Source of the DNA: Octopus bimaculoides
Lineage: Eukaryota
Direction: 5' to 3'
Length of the DNA: 64,000 nt
NCBI RefSeq assembly: GCF_001194135.2
Contig: NC_068986.1
Location: 22,570,980 to 22,634,979, forward strand
Numbering within the stretch: position 1 is the stretch's first letter; every line of letters begins with the position of its first letter. The notes beneath the pieces were generated by a model. That model was not told where the DNA came from, did not search any database, and saw only the letters and a list, made by a program, of their open reading frames with translations. Made by a program: the position numbers and the translations under genes. Positions 25,244 through 37,826 of the stretch are shown here, one piece after another.

Positions 25244-28130
25244 TGATGTTAAAATGAAATAATGCCTTCCATAAGGGTTTGTGACAGGTTTGAATTGATT
25301 AGTATAATACAATACAAAAACTTCCACACTGTCATTATTATTATGTATTGTAACCAAAAAGTTATTGAAGGATGATAACAGCAGATGGCTCTATAGTGCA
25401 TCCCTGTCTAATATTGTTCTATTTCACATTTTTCTTTTCCTTTTTTTCCCCTTTTGCTTTTATCACTCTGTAGCATTTTAAAATTTATGCCTGGCAGCTT
25501 CACAATATCTTGTAGTTATGGATTCACTGTATCCTAATAGCAGTCATGCTTTTTGAGTAACACAACAACCTATTTATTTTGGAGTTTGTATTGCTATTTA
25601 CTGACTTATTAATGGCTTTTCCACAACCACTATCAAGTAAGAAGAGTTTTATTTGTTTTAGATAAACATCCATAATATGAACAAGAGATCATTTTGTTTA
25701 TTCTAGATTGTATTTTTATAGCTACTACACTTAGTTTCTTATTGAATCAACTAGGATCACAATTTTTATTGTTTAATCTTATGCTAATCCTGACAGAGTA
25801 GTTTTGTGAGCCCAAAAATACTTCAGCCATGCACATCGTATCTTTGTTTCCAGTCATAGTATATCCATGATTATATTATTCAGTGTGTCCTCTTTTTGAA
25901 GACAGAGTGTATGACTTGAAAATTTGGCTGCTGTTTCTTGTAGGTGCAGTAATCATGCTGGAGCTCTCTTGTTGACTCACTGCTGTTATTGATGGTAGAT
26001 GGTGCATCATCCTAGAGAACAATATTCTATAGAGTGAAAATAGAAGGGCTTTATGGACAGAGAACACTTATTTAAAGCTGCAATAATTTTTGTTCTCAAG
26101 AGACAGCTAAGTTTGTTTGATGTGACTTAAGAATATCTGAAGCTATCAAGAGACTTCATTGTAAATTCATCACGGTTAAATACATTGGTTGTTATTTCAT
26201 TCAAGTTAAATGACTGTCTGCCAGTCTTCAACCAAGGCATTTGGACTGGAAGTAACAATTCATAATATCAGTGTTTTGAAGATTTAATCTCTCTGGTACA
26301 TTCAGGATCCTTGTTGAATGATGAAAAAGTGGTAGGCCATGATCTCTGCTTCAGTAATGAGATTGATACTGGGCTTTCTCCATTCACACATCTGTTCAGT
26401 CTGACCCCTTCACTTACTGCAGAGGTTGTCGATGGAGTGTCTATTAATGAACCCAAAGTCCATTTCAGGCCAAATCTTCAAAATGTTAGCATTGTGACTA
26501 TTAGTAACAAAAGTTTCTTAGGTGGAACCAGAGTCCAATCAAATCCCTGGGGAGCTTTGTCTTCTAGGTGATGTTATATTTTTAGTTGCGGCTGTGTTAA
26601 TTTAATCATTGGGGCATTTGATACTCGCATAGCAATGAGTAACATCAATTAATTTTACCTTGATTGGCTTGTTTTATTGTTTGGCATAAACTGTCTTAGG
26701 AAAACTTCTCTAGCTCAGACAGCCATCCAAATATCATATTGTTGAGGAATGACTTTGAAAGTGTTTCATGAAACCTTGAACAAAGGGCAAGTGTCGTTGT
26801 TCTTCATAGAGTTCCATTTACATATTCAACGTAACTGTTTCCAGTTTGATGGTAAAGAGTTGCTTTGATTTGAGCAAATTATTTTTTTCCAGAAAGGTAA
26901 AAATATCTTGAGACATAAATTAGAATCTTTGGTCTAATTGGATTGAAATTAGATCACAGATATGAAGAATATATTTTGAAGATAGACAAATTACTACAAG
27001 GTTACCAGATCAGTTTAACAAAATGGATAACTTGCTGATCGGTGCATGACATGGAATGGCCTTGACATAAAAACATCTGCCATTAGCTAGCATTTATTAT
27101 AATACTCGTAACCTCCTTTTAAGTTGACAACAGATTCTATACAAAGCTATACAATTCTGAACAAAAAAGTGACAGGTTTTTTTTCTACTGTAAACAGACA
27201 CTTTAAATTATTGTTCTAGACGCATCAGTTTCAACATGCATTGAGACTTCATATAAAATAGGTGTTAAGAGAGGCATTGACTAGTTTCAAGTAGATTAAT
27301 GTATTTTAGTGTCTTTTCCCAACAGAAAAGTAGGATTCAGTAGGAATTTTAATAGTGCTAAGAAAGGAATAATAAATCAAACAATCCTAATAATCTTGTT
27401 TAGCTAGGTGTTGGGTAATCAATGAGAAGTCCTGATCTTTCTGTGTCAGGTTTCAACCAATTACTCTGTATTTTATACCCTAAGTAATAAAGGACATTTA
27501 ATTTCTTTGTCACAAGTTGTCAGAGATTCCAAGAATAACTGAATGTTTAATGATTTTCTCTTGATATACACCAGTAGTTACATTTTGAAAGTCACTATGT
27601 CTGGCAAGGTTGCATAGGGCTGTAGCATAAGATTCAGTGTTGTCACCTGGCTATTGTTTTCATGACTGCAGCTGAAATCTAATAAAGATTATCGAGAATA
27701 CCTTTAGCAGTAATGTAGCTGACACTATCTGCAATATGGCTGAAGATAGTTGGTGAGAAGTTTGTTCGCAGAACCAGTCTTTGTTGGTTAGTTGAGTTTG
27801 GAAATTTAGTAAGAAAATTTAGAAAAGTAGTTTTCCATTGACTCTACTCTGTGCTTATATCTGATGGAGTCCTACCAAAGTGATGTAACTGGAGATATAT
27901 TTCCATTGTTATTTTTCTGTTTCAATATTTTAGCTCAAGTAAATTGCCGTAATGAGAAACAGAAGCTGAGAAGCAATCATTATATGCAGCCAAAACGTTT
28001 AACTTCATTATGACAAACAAAAAGAATGTACGTCAATATTTAAAGCAAATGGCTGTCTGCCAATCTTCTAACAAGGTATACCTTAATGCATGTAGACCAG
28101 CAATAGCAATTCATAACTATTGAAATCAAA
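25244..28130 (-). mobile_element. Heavily decayed, internally deleted Gypsy-type LTR retrotransposon (gag, RT end, RNase H, integrase)
   Basis: Minus strand, in order: gag-like NFSPTIFSHIADSVSYITAKGILDNLY (~27.7 kb), ETDAS RNase H start (~27.24 kb), integrase FMSQDIFTFLEKNNLLKSKATLYHQTGNSYVEYVNGTL (~26.9 kb), C-terminal VKLIDVTHCYASIKCPND, then a polypurine tract followed by TG at 25428. LTR limits uncertain. Confidence 0.6.
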
Positions 28131-28140
28131 GTTTCTAGAG

Positions 28141-28369
28141 CAGTATTTCTCAATGGAGGTCCATATGACCCTTGGGGGTCCACATTAGATTTTGTTGCTA
28201 AAATTTACACACACACACAAAATATTTTAAGAATTTTTTAATACAATTTCTAATATTTAATTATAAAAATATAATAGGATTTTTTAAAACCTCAAATAAC
28301 TGTGAGGGTCCACCCAAATAAAATAGGGACCAAAGGGATTCATAGGTGAAAAATGATTGAGAAACACTG
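28141..28369. mobile_element. hAT (Charlie-like) MITE
   Basis: TIR CAGTATTTCTCAA / TTGAGAAACACTG; TSD ttctagag / ttttagag. Confidence 0.85.
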
Positions 28370-28698
28370 TTTTAGAGGAATGATAAGCTTGGTGAGATGA
28401 TTAATCTTTAAAGTAAACTGGTTGTGGAGTTAGGAAAGCAAGAGAGTAGAATTAACACGTGGAAGCACAAAAACCCAGGTGGTGAGTTTTCTAAATGAGT
28501 CGCATGGCATACTTTGTCAACAGCTTCACTTTGGTTGAATGCAGTTATCACAGTTTCAGTGTACTGTTTGAAGTGACACAGAAATGAGTTGTGTAGATTG
28601 TGTGAATGGAAGGTCATTAATGAACCTAGTTTTATAAAAATGAATGTGTTTTAGAGAGGTGGGGTGGGGGTTAGAATTTAAAATATTGTAGGATGTCA

Positions 28699-28928
28699 TT
28701 AAGCCTTTTGATACCAACCTGGCTGAAACCACTTCTGACTTTGTGGTACAAATGTCTTGTTTTCAAAAGTTCTGAATTAAAATCTTCCACCAAACCTTAG
28801 TCACAATTTATGTTCCTAACACTAGCTTAATGATAACTAAGTTATTTTACTAAATTCTTTATTGTATTTAAAATTAGTTGAAAGAAACACAGAGCATCTC
28901 AGCAGAAATGTGTTAACAAAATGGTTAA
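28699..28928. mobile_element. TTAA-flanked MITE, family M2
   Basis: Colinear with 54840-55071; the reverse complement of 43140-43369. Confidence 0.85.
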
Positions 28929-29631
28929 TGATTATTTCTATTTTATTAGAAATTCTGTATCTGAAAAGCAGCAGGATACCATTAACAAAGTCAGAAAGAT
29001 TACTTCTCTTTACTTAAGGATAAATACTTCCATAGTTTGAGGAAGATGTCTTCAGAGAAGGAAAGAGGTTAAAAAAATTGAGTAACTAGGGGTGAAATAG
29101 AGAACGTTTTTGATGACCTCGAACTGTAGTGAATCAGTTTATGCTGAGAGTAGGATAGGATGTGTAGTGGTTGGTTAGAATGTAGTAATTAGGTCCTACA
29201 GTTTTGTTGTTGTTAAACTCCAGCTGTAACCAACTCCGCATGTTTTCAGGTATAATGTATGTTTCCAGGATGATATTATTGAATACATTTCTCCTCCTAT
29301 TAAGACAGCAGGGTTTGATGTGAGAAAATTTTTTTTTTTTTTTTGTTTTTTTTTGCAGGTTGAGGGATCACATATATATACTCCCCTTTAGATACAGGAT
29401 CTGGGGTTATATATATATAGTTAGTCTAATGTATTTAACATGTTTTGTAGTGAAAGAACACTGACTACTATACATATGTTTATGTTAGTCTTATTTTTTC
29501 TACCACTTATTTTTTTTTTATTTTTCAACAAGAAAAAAATTGTGAAATTATTTTAAAACTATGTCAGTTAGTGTTTGTGACAGATTTATAGAGGTTTCAG
29601 ATCTGAAAAATAATATATTTTGCTGTCAAAT

Positions 29632-29905
29632 CAACATCATCATCATCATATGACTGTCTACCATGCTGGCATGGACTGGACAGTTTGACAGGAGCTGATA
29701 AGCCAGTGGACTGCATCAAGCTCCACTGTCTGCATTGGCATGGTTTTCATGACTGGATGCCCTTCCTCATGCCAGCCACTTTACAGAGTGGACTGGGTGC
29801 TTTTTACATGGCACCAACACCAGTAAGGTCACTTAGTAACTCGCAAGACAAAGATTCCTCAACTGAGAGAGCGAGTGGTATTGCACCAGGTGATGAGAAC
29901 TTATA
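29632..29905 (-). mobile_element. Family E with (CAT)n tail
   Basis: catcatcatcat...ccatgctggcatggactggacagtttgacagg...ctggatgcccttcctcatgccagccac. Confidence 0.75.
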
Positions 29906-30832
29906 CCAAAAACATTTTAGGTGTTATTTCACAATGATGGTGACCCCATTTAACAAATATAGAATGTGAGGATGATATATTCTTTTATTATTAGTGATGG
30001 TTCATCACCGGAAACTGGGTCTTTGTATTCACTTATGCCTCATTTTTAACTATGTTTGTTAATTTCCCTCTACGCACTATCTGAACAACAGTTAGGCCTC
30101 ACAGGGATAAAATAAAGTATATTTTTAAATGACAGTATGTGAATATTATGCAGGTGAGAGGAATTAATCATTTGGTGATGGTGAGACATAAGTCCAGTCT
30201 GATGATAATATTAATCTAATTAATGGTAATGGGGATGAAACTTGGTAATATTCATTATGTATATCCACTCATTTCTTCATCATTGGCTGTAGTGTGAGTC
30301 TTGTCTATTCTCCCATTGATATATAACTTATACCTGATTCCATTAACCTAAAACAACAACTATAATTCATTCTCTTATTAAAATGTAAACAAATATGTGC
30401 CTAGGCACATATTCATTTGCATAATGACTTAATTAAATGTAACATTGCTACTGTGCAATCAATATAATCAATTAAGGTCAGGCATCTGCATGGCCATTTT
30501 ACCTGCTAGAAATAACAGCCAATTTTTTTTTTTAAATTACAAATAGTGAAAGAACACATTGGATAATGTTCTGGACACCTGGAGGCCAAAAAACAAAAAC
30601 AAACAAAAAGAAAAAAGTCTGATCATTCATGGCTGATTTGGTTATATAACGAAGACAACTACAGGTTTTCTGGTTTATAGTTGTTGGTATGTATAATCAA
30701 GCTAAAAAGCTGTATTGCGTAGTTGTTGTTATGTTGAAATCTATGTTACAAATGTCAGATGTGTATGTGGAATGACAGGTTTCTCTTTGATATCTCTTTC
30801 TCATAATAGAAAGTCTTTTTATTCATTGACAG

Positions 30833-30881
30833 ATGTAGGTTATAAGAAGCAACTAGTAGCTCTTTGTGGCCATACTAGCAG
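30833..30881 (+). CDS. Candidate internal exon (49 nt) of an unidentified plus-strand gene
   Basis: tctttttattcattgacag|...AGCAG|gtcagt; only open frame (D)VGYKKQLVALCGHTS; phase-compatible with 31049-31116. No homology recognised. Confidence 0.25.
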
Positions 30882-31048
30882 GTCAGTTACTAAGAATATA
30901 ATGAATTAGGACCGGATGCTAATAATAATTAATCATGATTGTACAAGTTGTTCTGATTATTGATCTCAAATTTTATAGAGGAGATGAAGTGTAGTTGATT
31001 TAATAAACTCCAGAACTGTTTTGTTTATTTTATATTATTGCATTTTAG

Positions 31049-31116
31049 CTTTCATTATATCATCATTGACTATAGCTTTCCAATGGGTCCAGCATTTGTT
31101 CACTGCTCTTTTTATG
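31049..31116 (+). CDS. Candidate exon (68 nt) of an unidentified plus-strand gene
   Basis: ttattgcattttag|...TATG|gtgagt; reads FHYIIIDYSFPMGPAFVHCSFY. No homology recognised. Confidence 0.3.
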
Positions 31117-31480
31117 GTGAGTGTCAAGAGATTGTGTAACTTGGATGGAGTAAATACCATAAGGTATTTTTCTTCATTGACTATTTTCTTACTTTTGTGT
31201 TTATCTTCCACTGCTATACATGTAAACCTAATACACATGTATATTTGCATGTGCGTATATATGTTTGTGTGTGTATATATGTTTGTGTGTATGTGTATCT
31301 TGTGTGTATAAATAGGTGTTTGACTAAGTTTAATGCTCCACATACATTATCATTTTCCAGTCTGCCTTCAGTATAGTAGTTAAGCAACTACTATACTTAG
31401 TGGTATTACTAGTTATGGTATATTGAATAAATGTAACAATTAATAACAACATCTGTTTATTGTAATTTCTCATGCTCCGC

Positions 31481-31491
31481 ACACGCGCGCG

Positions 31492-31550
<59 letters not shown>
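31481..31550. repeat. (GC)n(CA)n microsatellite
   Basis: Read directly from the sequence. Confidence 0.95.
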
Positions 31551-31551
<1 letters not shown>

Positions 31552-31554
<3 letters not shown>

Positions 31555-31935
31555 GCTTGGCTGTTTGGCAAGAAGCTACCTTCCCATGCAAATGGCTTTG
31601 AATTCTGTCTCATTGCGTCACTACTATAGCCTTGAGTGGATTTGGTAGATGGAAACTGTGAAAGAAACCTGTCATAAATGTATGTATGTATTTGTGTGTG
31701 TGTATATATATATATATGTGTGTGTGTATGTCTATGTTAGTGTCTCTGTGTTTTTATCTCCATCCACTGTTTGATGACTGGTATTGATTTATTTACATTC
31801 CTGTAACTTAGCGGTTCAACAGTACGTACCAGGGTTAAAAATAAGTACTGGGGTCAATTTATTCATCCAAACCCTTCAATGCAGTGCTCCAGAATGGCCA
31901 CAGTTCAATGATTGAAACTTGTAAAGAGAAAAGAC
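31552..31935 (+). mobile_element. SINE family A, old copy
   Basis: Diverged head, central (TG)/(TA) tract, tail aatgattgaaacttgtaaagagaaaag. Confidence 0.75.
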
Positions 31936-32127
31936 AAAAGATATATGTTTAGTTTAAAAAAAAAGAATTTTATTGAACGACCTTGCCTGAAGATCATTGT
32001 GCTGTGAAACTTGAGTTACTGAACAAACTCCATTTCACTTGCAAAAAAACAAAACAAAAACATATCCTCTACATCATATATTGAGTACTTCTCATTTGTT
32101 TGACATAAACCAACATATATATATATA

Positions 32128-32364
32128 TCATCTCCATCATCATCATTTAGCATCGTGTTTTCCGTGTTGGTATGGACTGGACAGTTCAATATGAACAGAC
32201 GAGCCAGAAGGCTGTGCCAAGTTCTAACGCCTGCTTTGATATGGTTTCTACAACTGGATGCCTTCTTAATGCCAACCACTTCACGGAGTGCACTGGGTGA
32301 TTTTTTTTATGTGACACTAGCAGTGGTGAGGTCACTAAGTAACCAGCAAGACCCCTCAACTGAG
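32128..32364 (-). mobile_element. Family E with (CAT)n tail
   Basis: Same layout as 29632-29905. Confidence 0.75.
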
Positions 32365-32704
32365 TAGGGTGTTGAATGGAGGGCTAAAAAAACTAACTAG
32401 AGATAGAGAGACAAGACCAAATGTCTTGATGAGTTGAATACGTGGATTACCCATCTGGATAAAGATAGAGAAGATATGAGGTCAAGGTACAAGGTGAGTA
32501 TAAAAGATAGAATAGGACAGAAATAGACGTGTAGATAAGTGTGATAGATTAGGGATAGGGAAGAGATGGAAGAATGGGTGTTAGATGAATTGTGTAGGAA
32601 GGTTTGATAGAACCTGAATTCGTCTTGAGATGTGCATATCTTCTCTAGCACAGCATGCTAACATGTATGTATATACATACTCGTGCATAAATACAAATAA
32701 ACAA

Positions 32705-32860
32705 GATGGGCCTCCATAGAAATTCCATTTAACAAATTTCACTCTCAAGGTACTGGTCAATTCCAGGCTATAATAGAAAACACTTGCCTTGAGTACCACA
32801 CAGTGACTTGAACCTGAACTCACATTGTTGTGAAGCTTCTTCCTTAACCACAGGGCCATA
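32705..32860 (-). mobile_element. SINE family A, old 5-prime part
   Basis: aggctataatagaaaacacttgcc...gacttgaacctgaactcacattgttgtgaagcttcttccttaaccacag. Confidence 0.6.
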
Positions 32861-33549
32861 TCCTTAGTATCTATTTTATTCATCCCAGAAGTAAGAAATG
32901 CAAAGTTGACCACACCAAGATTTGAACATTGAATCTCACGTAACTAAGTAGCATAAGACATTTAGTTTAACACACTGTTGCTTCACCATTCTAGATATTC
33001 TCTTAAATATTGAATTTGTAATTATTGTCTGCTTAGAGTGATTTCAAATAACGAACACATTTACATAGTGTATAACATCAGTGATGTCTCTTCCCCAACA
33101 TCATCCATTACCTTGATAATTAATCTAATTTCCTAGTTGACATGTAAGCTGGGACTTACTAACCATATTTCAAATCACCTCATAGTGTACAGATTTGACA
33201 TTAATTAATTGTATTGATTGCACAGTGACTGTGTTAATAATGTTATGACTCTGGAAATATTTAATTGGAGTAGATACTTTTGGCTCAGTTCCCTACCATC
33301 TACAGATCTCTTCATGTAATGGAATTTTGTGTAGAGAAAGAATTTTATGGAATTTTTTTACGTTATTATTTAAACTTTTGTCAATACCTAACAGAAAGCT
33401 GGTTGGTTTTTATTATGCAAGTATTCATCTTCAATAATTCCATGAACCCTTGATTCTTATAACAGTAACATCAGGTGCTATGAAGTAAGTTATTAACAAG
33501 ATGATTCCAGGAGATAGTTCTTTCAACTTTCTGTTTAGTCAAATCATTT

Positions 33550-34600
33550 CATGTACATTGTCACAATCCTTGGGAAAGGCTCTCTCGGTGCATGACAAAT
33601 TACTGTCTAAGGTTGGGACTCTAAATAGCATTCACATTAAACTTGCTGCTACATGGTCTTGATAGAGGAACATTCATACAGTATAGGGCTGTTATATAGT
33701 ATAAAAAGCAGATATAGTATGAGAGAATAACAGGAATCAAGTTGATGGTATTTTGTTTATTCTGTATCCATTATGATTGTTTCATCGACTGATATTCAAG
33801 ATCAATGACTAATCAAAGATTTTAGATGATGATTTATAGAATATTATTGATCAGATCACTTGTGGATTACATCTTTAGAAATATTTCTGCAGTTCATTTG
33901 AAGATAACACTTCCATATCTCTGTTCAGTGGTTAAGGCATTGATTGTAATGAGAGTGTCAGACAAATACCTTGTGGTATTTAGCTACGTCTATGTTCTAT
34001 GTTCAAATATTTTCAGGGTTAATGAAGTAAGTACCAGTCACATACTGGTGTTGATTGCCTATGCTCTTACTCTATATTGAGGCCTTCTACATTTCTACTG
34101 TATACATAGGTATCACTAGCTCTCAGCACATTGAATATCAAGAATCACCATTCAAGTGGTGTAAGATCCATGCAATTATGTACATGGTAGGATCCCAATC
34201 TCTTTCACAGAGGCTGGCCACAAGTCTGTGTTTGGTCAAGAGAGTGCCCCAGATGCTTAGCCCATTTTACTGTCATGCCTTCTGACCATATTAGGTTCTT
34301 CTGCCTCATCTGCCATTTCAGTCTTTGTGCACTTAGTGGGTGACATCCCCTGTATAACAATCCTTCTGAGATTGTTGATACCCTCTTAGTTTTGCTCACA
34401 AGCTAAAGGCAAGGTACTATGGTATGGTCATCATTGTGCTCTATCAACTTCTGGAAGCCATTAGTGAGAACTGTGTAGTAATTGGGGATCAGTGCTTCCA
34501 TCCATGGCTGGAGATGTGCAGCTGATAGGTTTACAAAGGCACTGTTCCTTACATACGACACCAAACACCTTCTGTTTGTATCTAGATAAATACATATAAT
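33550..34600 (-). mobile_element. Very old RTE-like RT remnant
   Basis: Faint minus-strand traces (YRGMSP for YRGISL; QPL; GxP). Weak evidence. Confidence 0.3.
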
Positions 34601-36039
34601 AAAAAATTATCTTGTTTGTTGGTCTAACAAAAAAAAAAAAAAATTGCATTCCATATTTTGTAAAGTTCCTTCAATAATGAAAAAATTGGGTTTGTTAGGT
34701 TAGACTAGTTAGTGGTAGATAGAAGCATTACTGGTTTATAAAGGATTTGTGTGAAAATCTTGCTTTGCTGTAACGTTTGTTATTGAAATGAGCATATAAA
34801 TTTGATTGTGAGTCATTGCTGTGAAATACTGTTGAGAAAACTTAGAATATTTGCAACTAATTTTCCACACACAATAGATTTAGTGGAAATGCTTTATACT
34901 AATACATTTGATTTTATCTTTTCACAAGTCTTTTATTGAATGTGGTGATGTTTGAAAATGAGTGTCCCTGAACAAAAGTTTCTTTTTCTTTTTCATATTG
35001 CCAGTTTATACCGTGTGAGGAGGTGTGTGTGTGTGAGTGAATGCATGCATTTGCTTATACATAACATATATGGACACACCTTTTAAACTAAAGATATTTA
35101 TTACATTCTGTTTGTACATATACAATGCCAAGTTAACTAACGAGGGAGCCTCTACATAGATGCTTGACCAGCTAGGGATAGCAGCCAAATCTTAATTAGG
35201 TAGTGGCATATTAGAAAAGGTAGTTCTAGGGACACTGTCTCAAAAAATTTTTTTAAATGAATTGGTCGTGGCTGGAGAATATTTGATCATAGATCAAGGT
35301 GATTAACAAAAGGACCATGCATTTAATGTAATTGAAAGAAGCCTTTTATAATCCACAAAAGTTTATAGGCCTGATACTGAACCAGCTTTAAATTGTGTTT
35401 ATTATTGAAGGTGAGCCACCCCACTTAACTTGTTAGGCTGTAGGCCCACCACTAAAGACTGTAAAGTATTTTTCAAGCAAACTAACGAAGAGGTGCCCAT
35501 CCTTCTCATTACAAACCCCCCAACAAAATTCATTCCTATTTTTTCAGTGGTGCTCCTGATGTGTTGTTTTTAGCCTGCATTATATGTTTACTGCAATGTG
35601 GATTGAGTCAACATAACCTGCCATTTCCCCTCTTGCCTTTTATTCTAAAGCAGCTTTGTGTGAAATTAACAGAATTATCACTGGAAGCTATAAGACGTTT
35701 ACACATTAGGTTATATATTATGTGTGTGTGGGTACTATAGCTGATGCTTAGCCCATAACTCATTAGTTCATGTCTCTTAACAGTCAGTATGTTGCTTCCT
35801 TGTACATGACACTTGACTCCAGTTGCCTAAGGCTTCATGCATTACAACATTATTCATTATCATTTTCGGTTTTACAGCTGTTGAAAGAGAGAAAGAGAGA
35901 GAAAGGTGTGTGGGAGGGAAGAGATGATTGAGACATGGCTATATATATTACTGTTTGTCTTCAATTTTCAAAGGTTTCATATTGAATTAAGTAGAATATG
36001 CTTTGCTTGTTGGAAGACTAATGACCAGTGTATTTTCGC

Positions 36040-36285
36040 TGTTGTCATTGTCATTCAATGCCTATGTTTCATGCTGGCATGGGTTAGATGGTTTGACAGG
36101 ATCCAGTAAGCCCAAAGACTGCATTGTGTTCAACTGTCTGCTTTGGCGTGGTTTCTATGGCTGGATGCCCTTACTAACACTAACCTCTTTACAGTGTGTA
36201 CTGGGTACTTTTTTGTGCCACCAACACTAATAAGGTCATCATGCATCTTTCAAGACCATGAACCCCTATGCTAGGAGAGGAGGGG
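36040..36285 (-). mobile_element. Family E
   Basis: catgctggcatgggttagatggtttgacagg...ggtttctatggctggatgcccttactaacac. Confidence 0.75.
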
Positions 36286-37089
36286 TTTTCAAGTTAGAAA
36301 ATACAAAACAAAGCAAAAACATACACCTTATGAAGATATACATTTGCAGTATGTGTATCCATTTCCCCAATAATGGGCAGTCTGATGACCCTTTCCTTTC
36401 TTTAATAGTGTTACAAAACATTAGCACACAGACATCCAAACTGAGATACAGTGAGACGCAACAACAGCTTAGGTATACGATGCCTATGAATACTTTATTG
36501 CTCATCCCCCAAATCAGTTACCTTAGATAATAAAATGTCAGTCTCTCAACTTACCAGTTATGAATTCTATATTCTATTACTCTGATTATGCTGTCTCATT
36601 ACTGAAAAAAAGGAACTTCATCAACATTAAATTCACAGATGAGGTCTAATTAAGACTAAAACATGTCTAGAATTGTCAAGCTCATTTGCTGGATAAATGA
36701 AAGTAATATTAGTCATAGATTAATAAATTATTTTTGTACCTCTCTGCATATGTATTTCCAGTTAGCTTTTTAAAAGATCCATGCATTTATTATCATAACA
36801 TTAACTATTGTTCTGTTAAATCAATTAAATGGTTGAGACATTTGGTTAATTAGGGAGGTGTTTGTTGGGTTATAGTAGCAAGTTTGAATCATAACAAGGT
36901 TGAGTTGACATTATCTAGAGTTTATCACAAAAAATAGAGCTAGACAAGAAGATATTTTTGGAAATAGAAAATTGATTGATTGATTGGACACATATTTACT
37001 TTTAAGGACGTCTAGCCAGTGAACATTTCCTTAATGGGAGTAATCTAACTTGATTCTGGGCAAGAATAATAATGTGTGTAGTATTTTAT

Positions 37090-37146
<57 letters not shown>

Positions 37147-37152
<6 letters not shown>

Positions 37153-37307
37153 GGCGTGGTTGTTTGGTAAGAAGCTTGCTTCTCAACCACATGGTTCCAG
37201 GTTCAGTCCCACTGTAAGGCACCTTGAGCAAGTGTCTTCTGCTATAGCCTTGGGCCGACCAAAGCCTTATGAGTGGATTTGGTAGGCAGAAATTGGAAGA
37301 AGCCCGT

Positions 37308-37351
<44 letters not shown>

Positions 37352-37600
37352 GATATATATACATACACACACACATATACACACGTGTTTGTGAGTCTGT
37401 GTTTGTCCCCCCACCATCACTTGACTTGTTGGTATGTTTATGTCCCTGTTACTTAGTGGTTCAACAAAAGATATTGATAGAATAAGTACTAGGCTTACAA
37501 AGAATAAGTCCTGGGGTTGATTTCTTCGACTAAAGGCAGTGCTCCAGCATGACTGCAGTCACATGACAGAAACAAATAAAAAAAAAATAAAAGAATAAAA
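37147..37600 (+). mobile_element. SINE family A, full length
   Basis: A/B-box head, cttgagcaagtg core, central (TG)(TA)(CA) tract, A-rich tail. Confidence 0.92.
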
Positions 37601-37606
37601 TATATA

Positions 37607-37770
37607 TAGGCATGACTGTGTGGTAACAGTTTGATTCCAAACCACATGGTTTTGAGTTCAGTCCTAGTGCTTGGCACTTTTAGTATATATCTTCTGATAT
37701 AGCTTTGGGTGGACCAAAGTCTTGTGAGTAAATTTGGTCAACAGAAATTGAAAGATGCTCATTGTAGATA
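37607..37770 (+). mobile_element. SINE family A, older 5-prime part directly behind the previous copy
   Basis: aggcatgactgtgtggtaacag...gagttcagtcctagtgcttggcac...gaaattgaaagatgctc. Confidence 0.7.
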
Positions 37771-37785
37771 TGTGTGCACGCGCGT

Positions 37786-37826
<41 letters not shown>

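Noticed and set aside
34017-34026. 10-nt microexon ttttcag|GGTTAATGAA|gtaagt
   Set aside because: Short pyrimidine tract, frame-shifting length, and inside a probable antisense LINE remnant.
37147-37215. tRNA genes at SINE heads (also 39690-39747, 63206-63280)
   Set aside because: A/B boxes run into SINE bodies; no complete cloverleaf.
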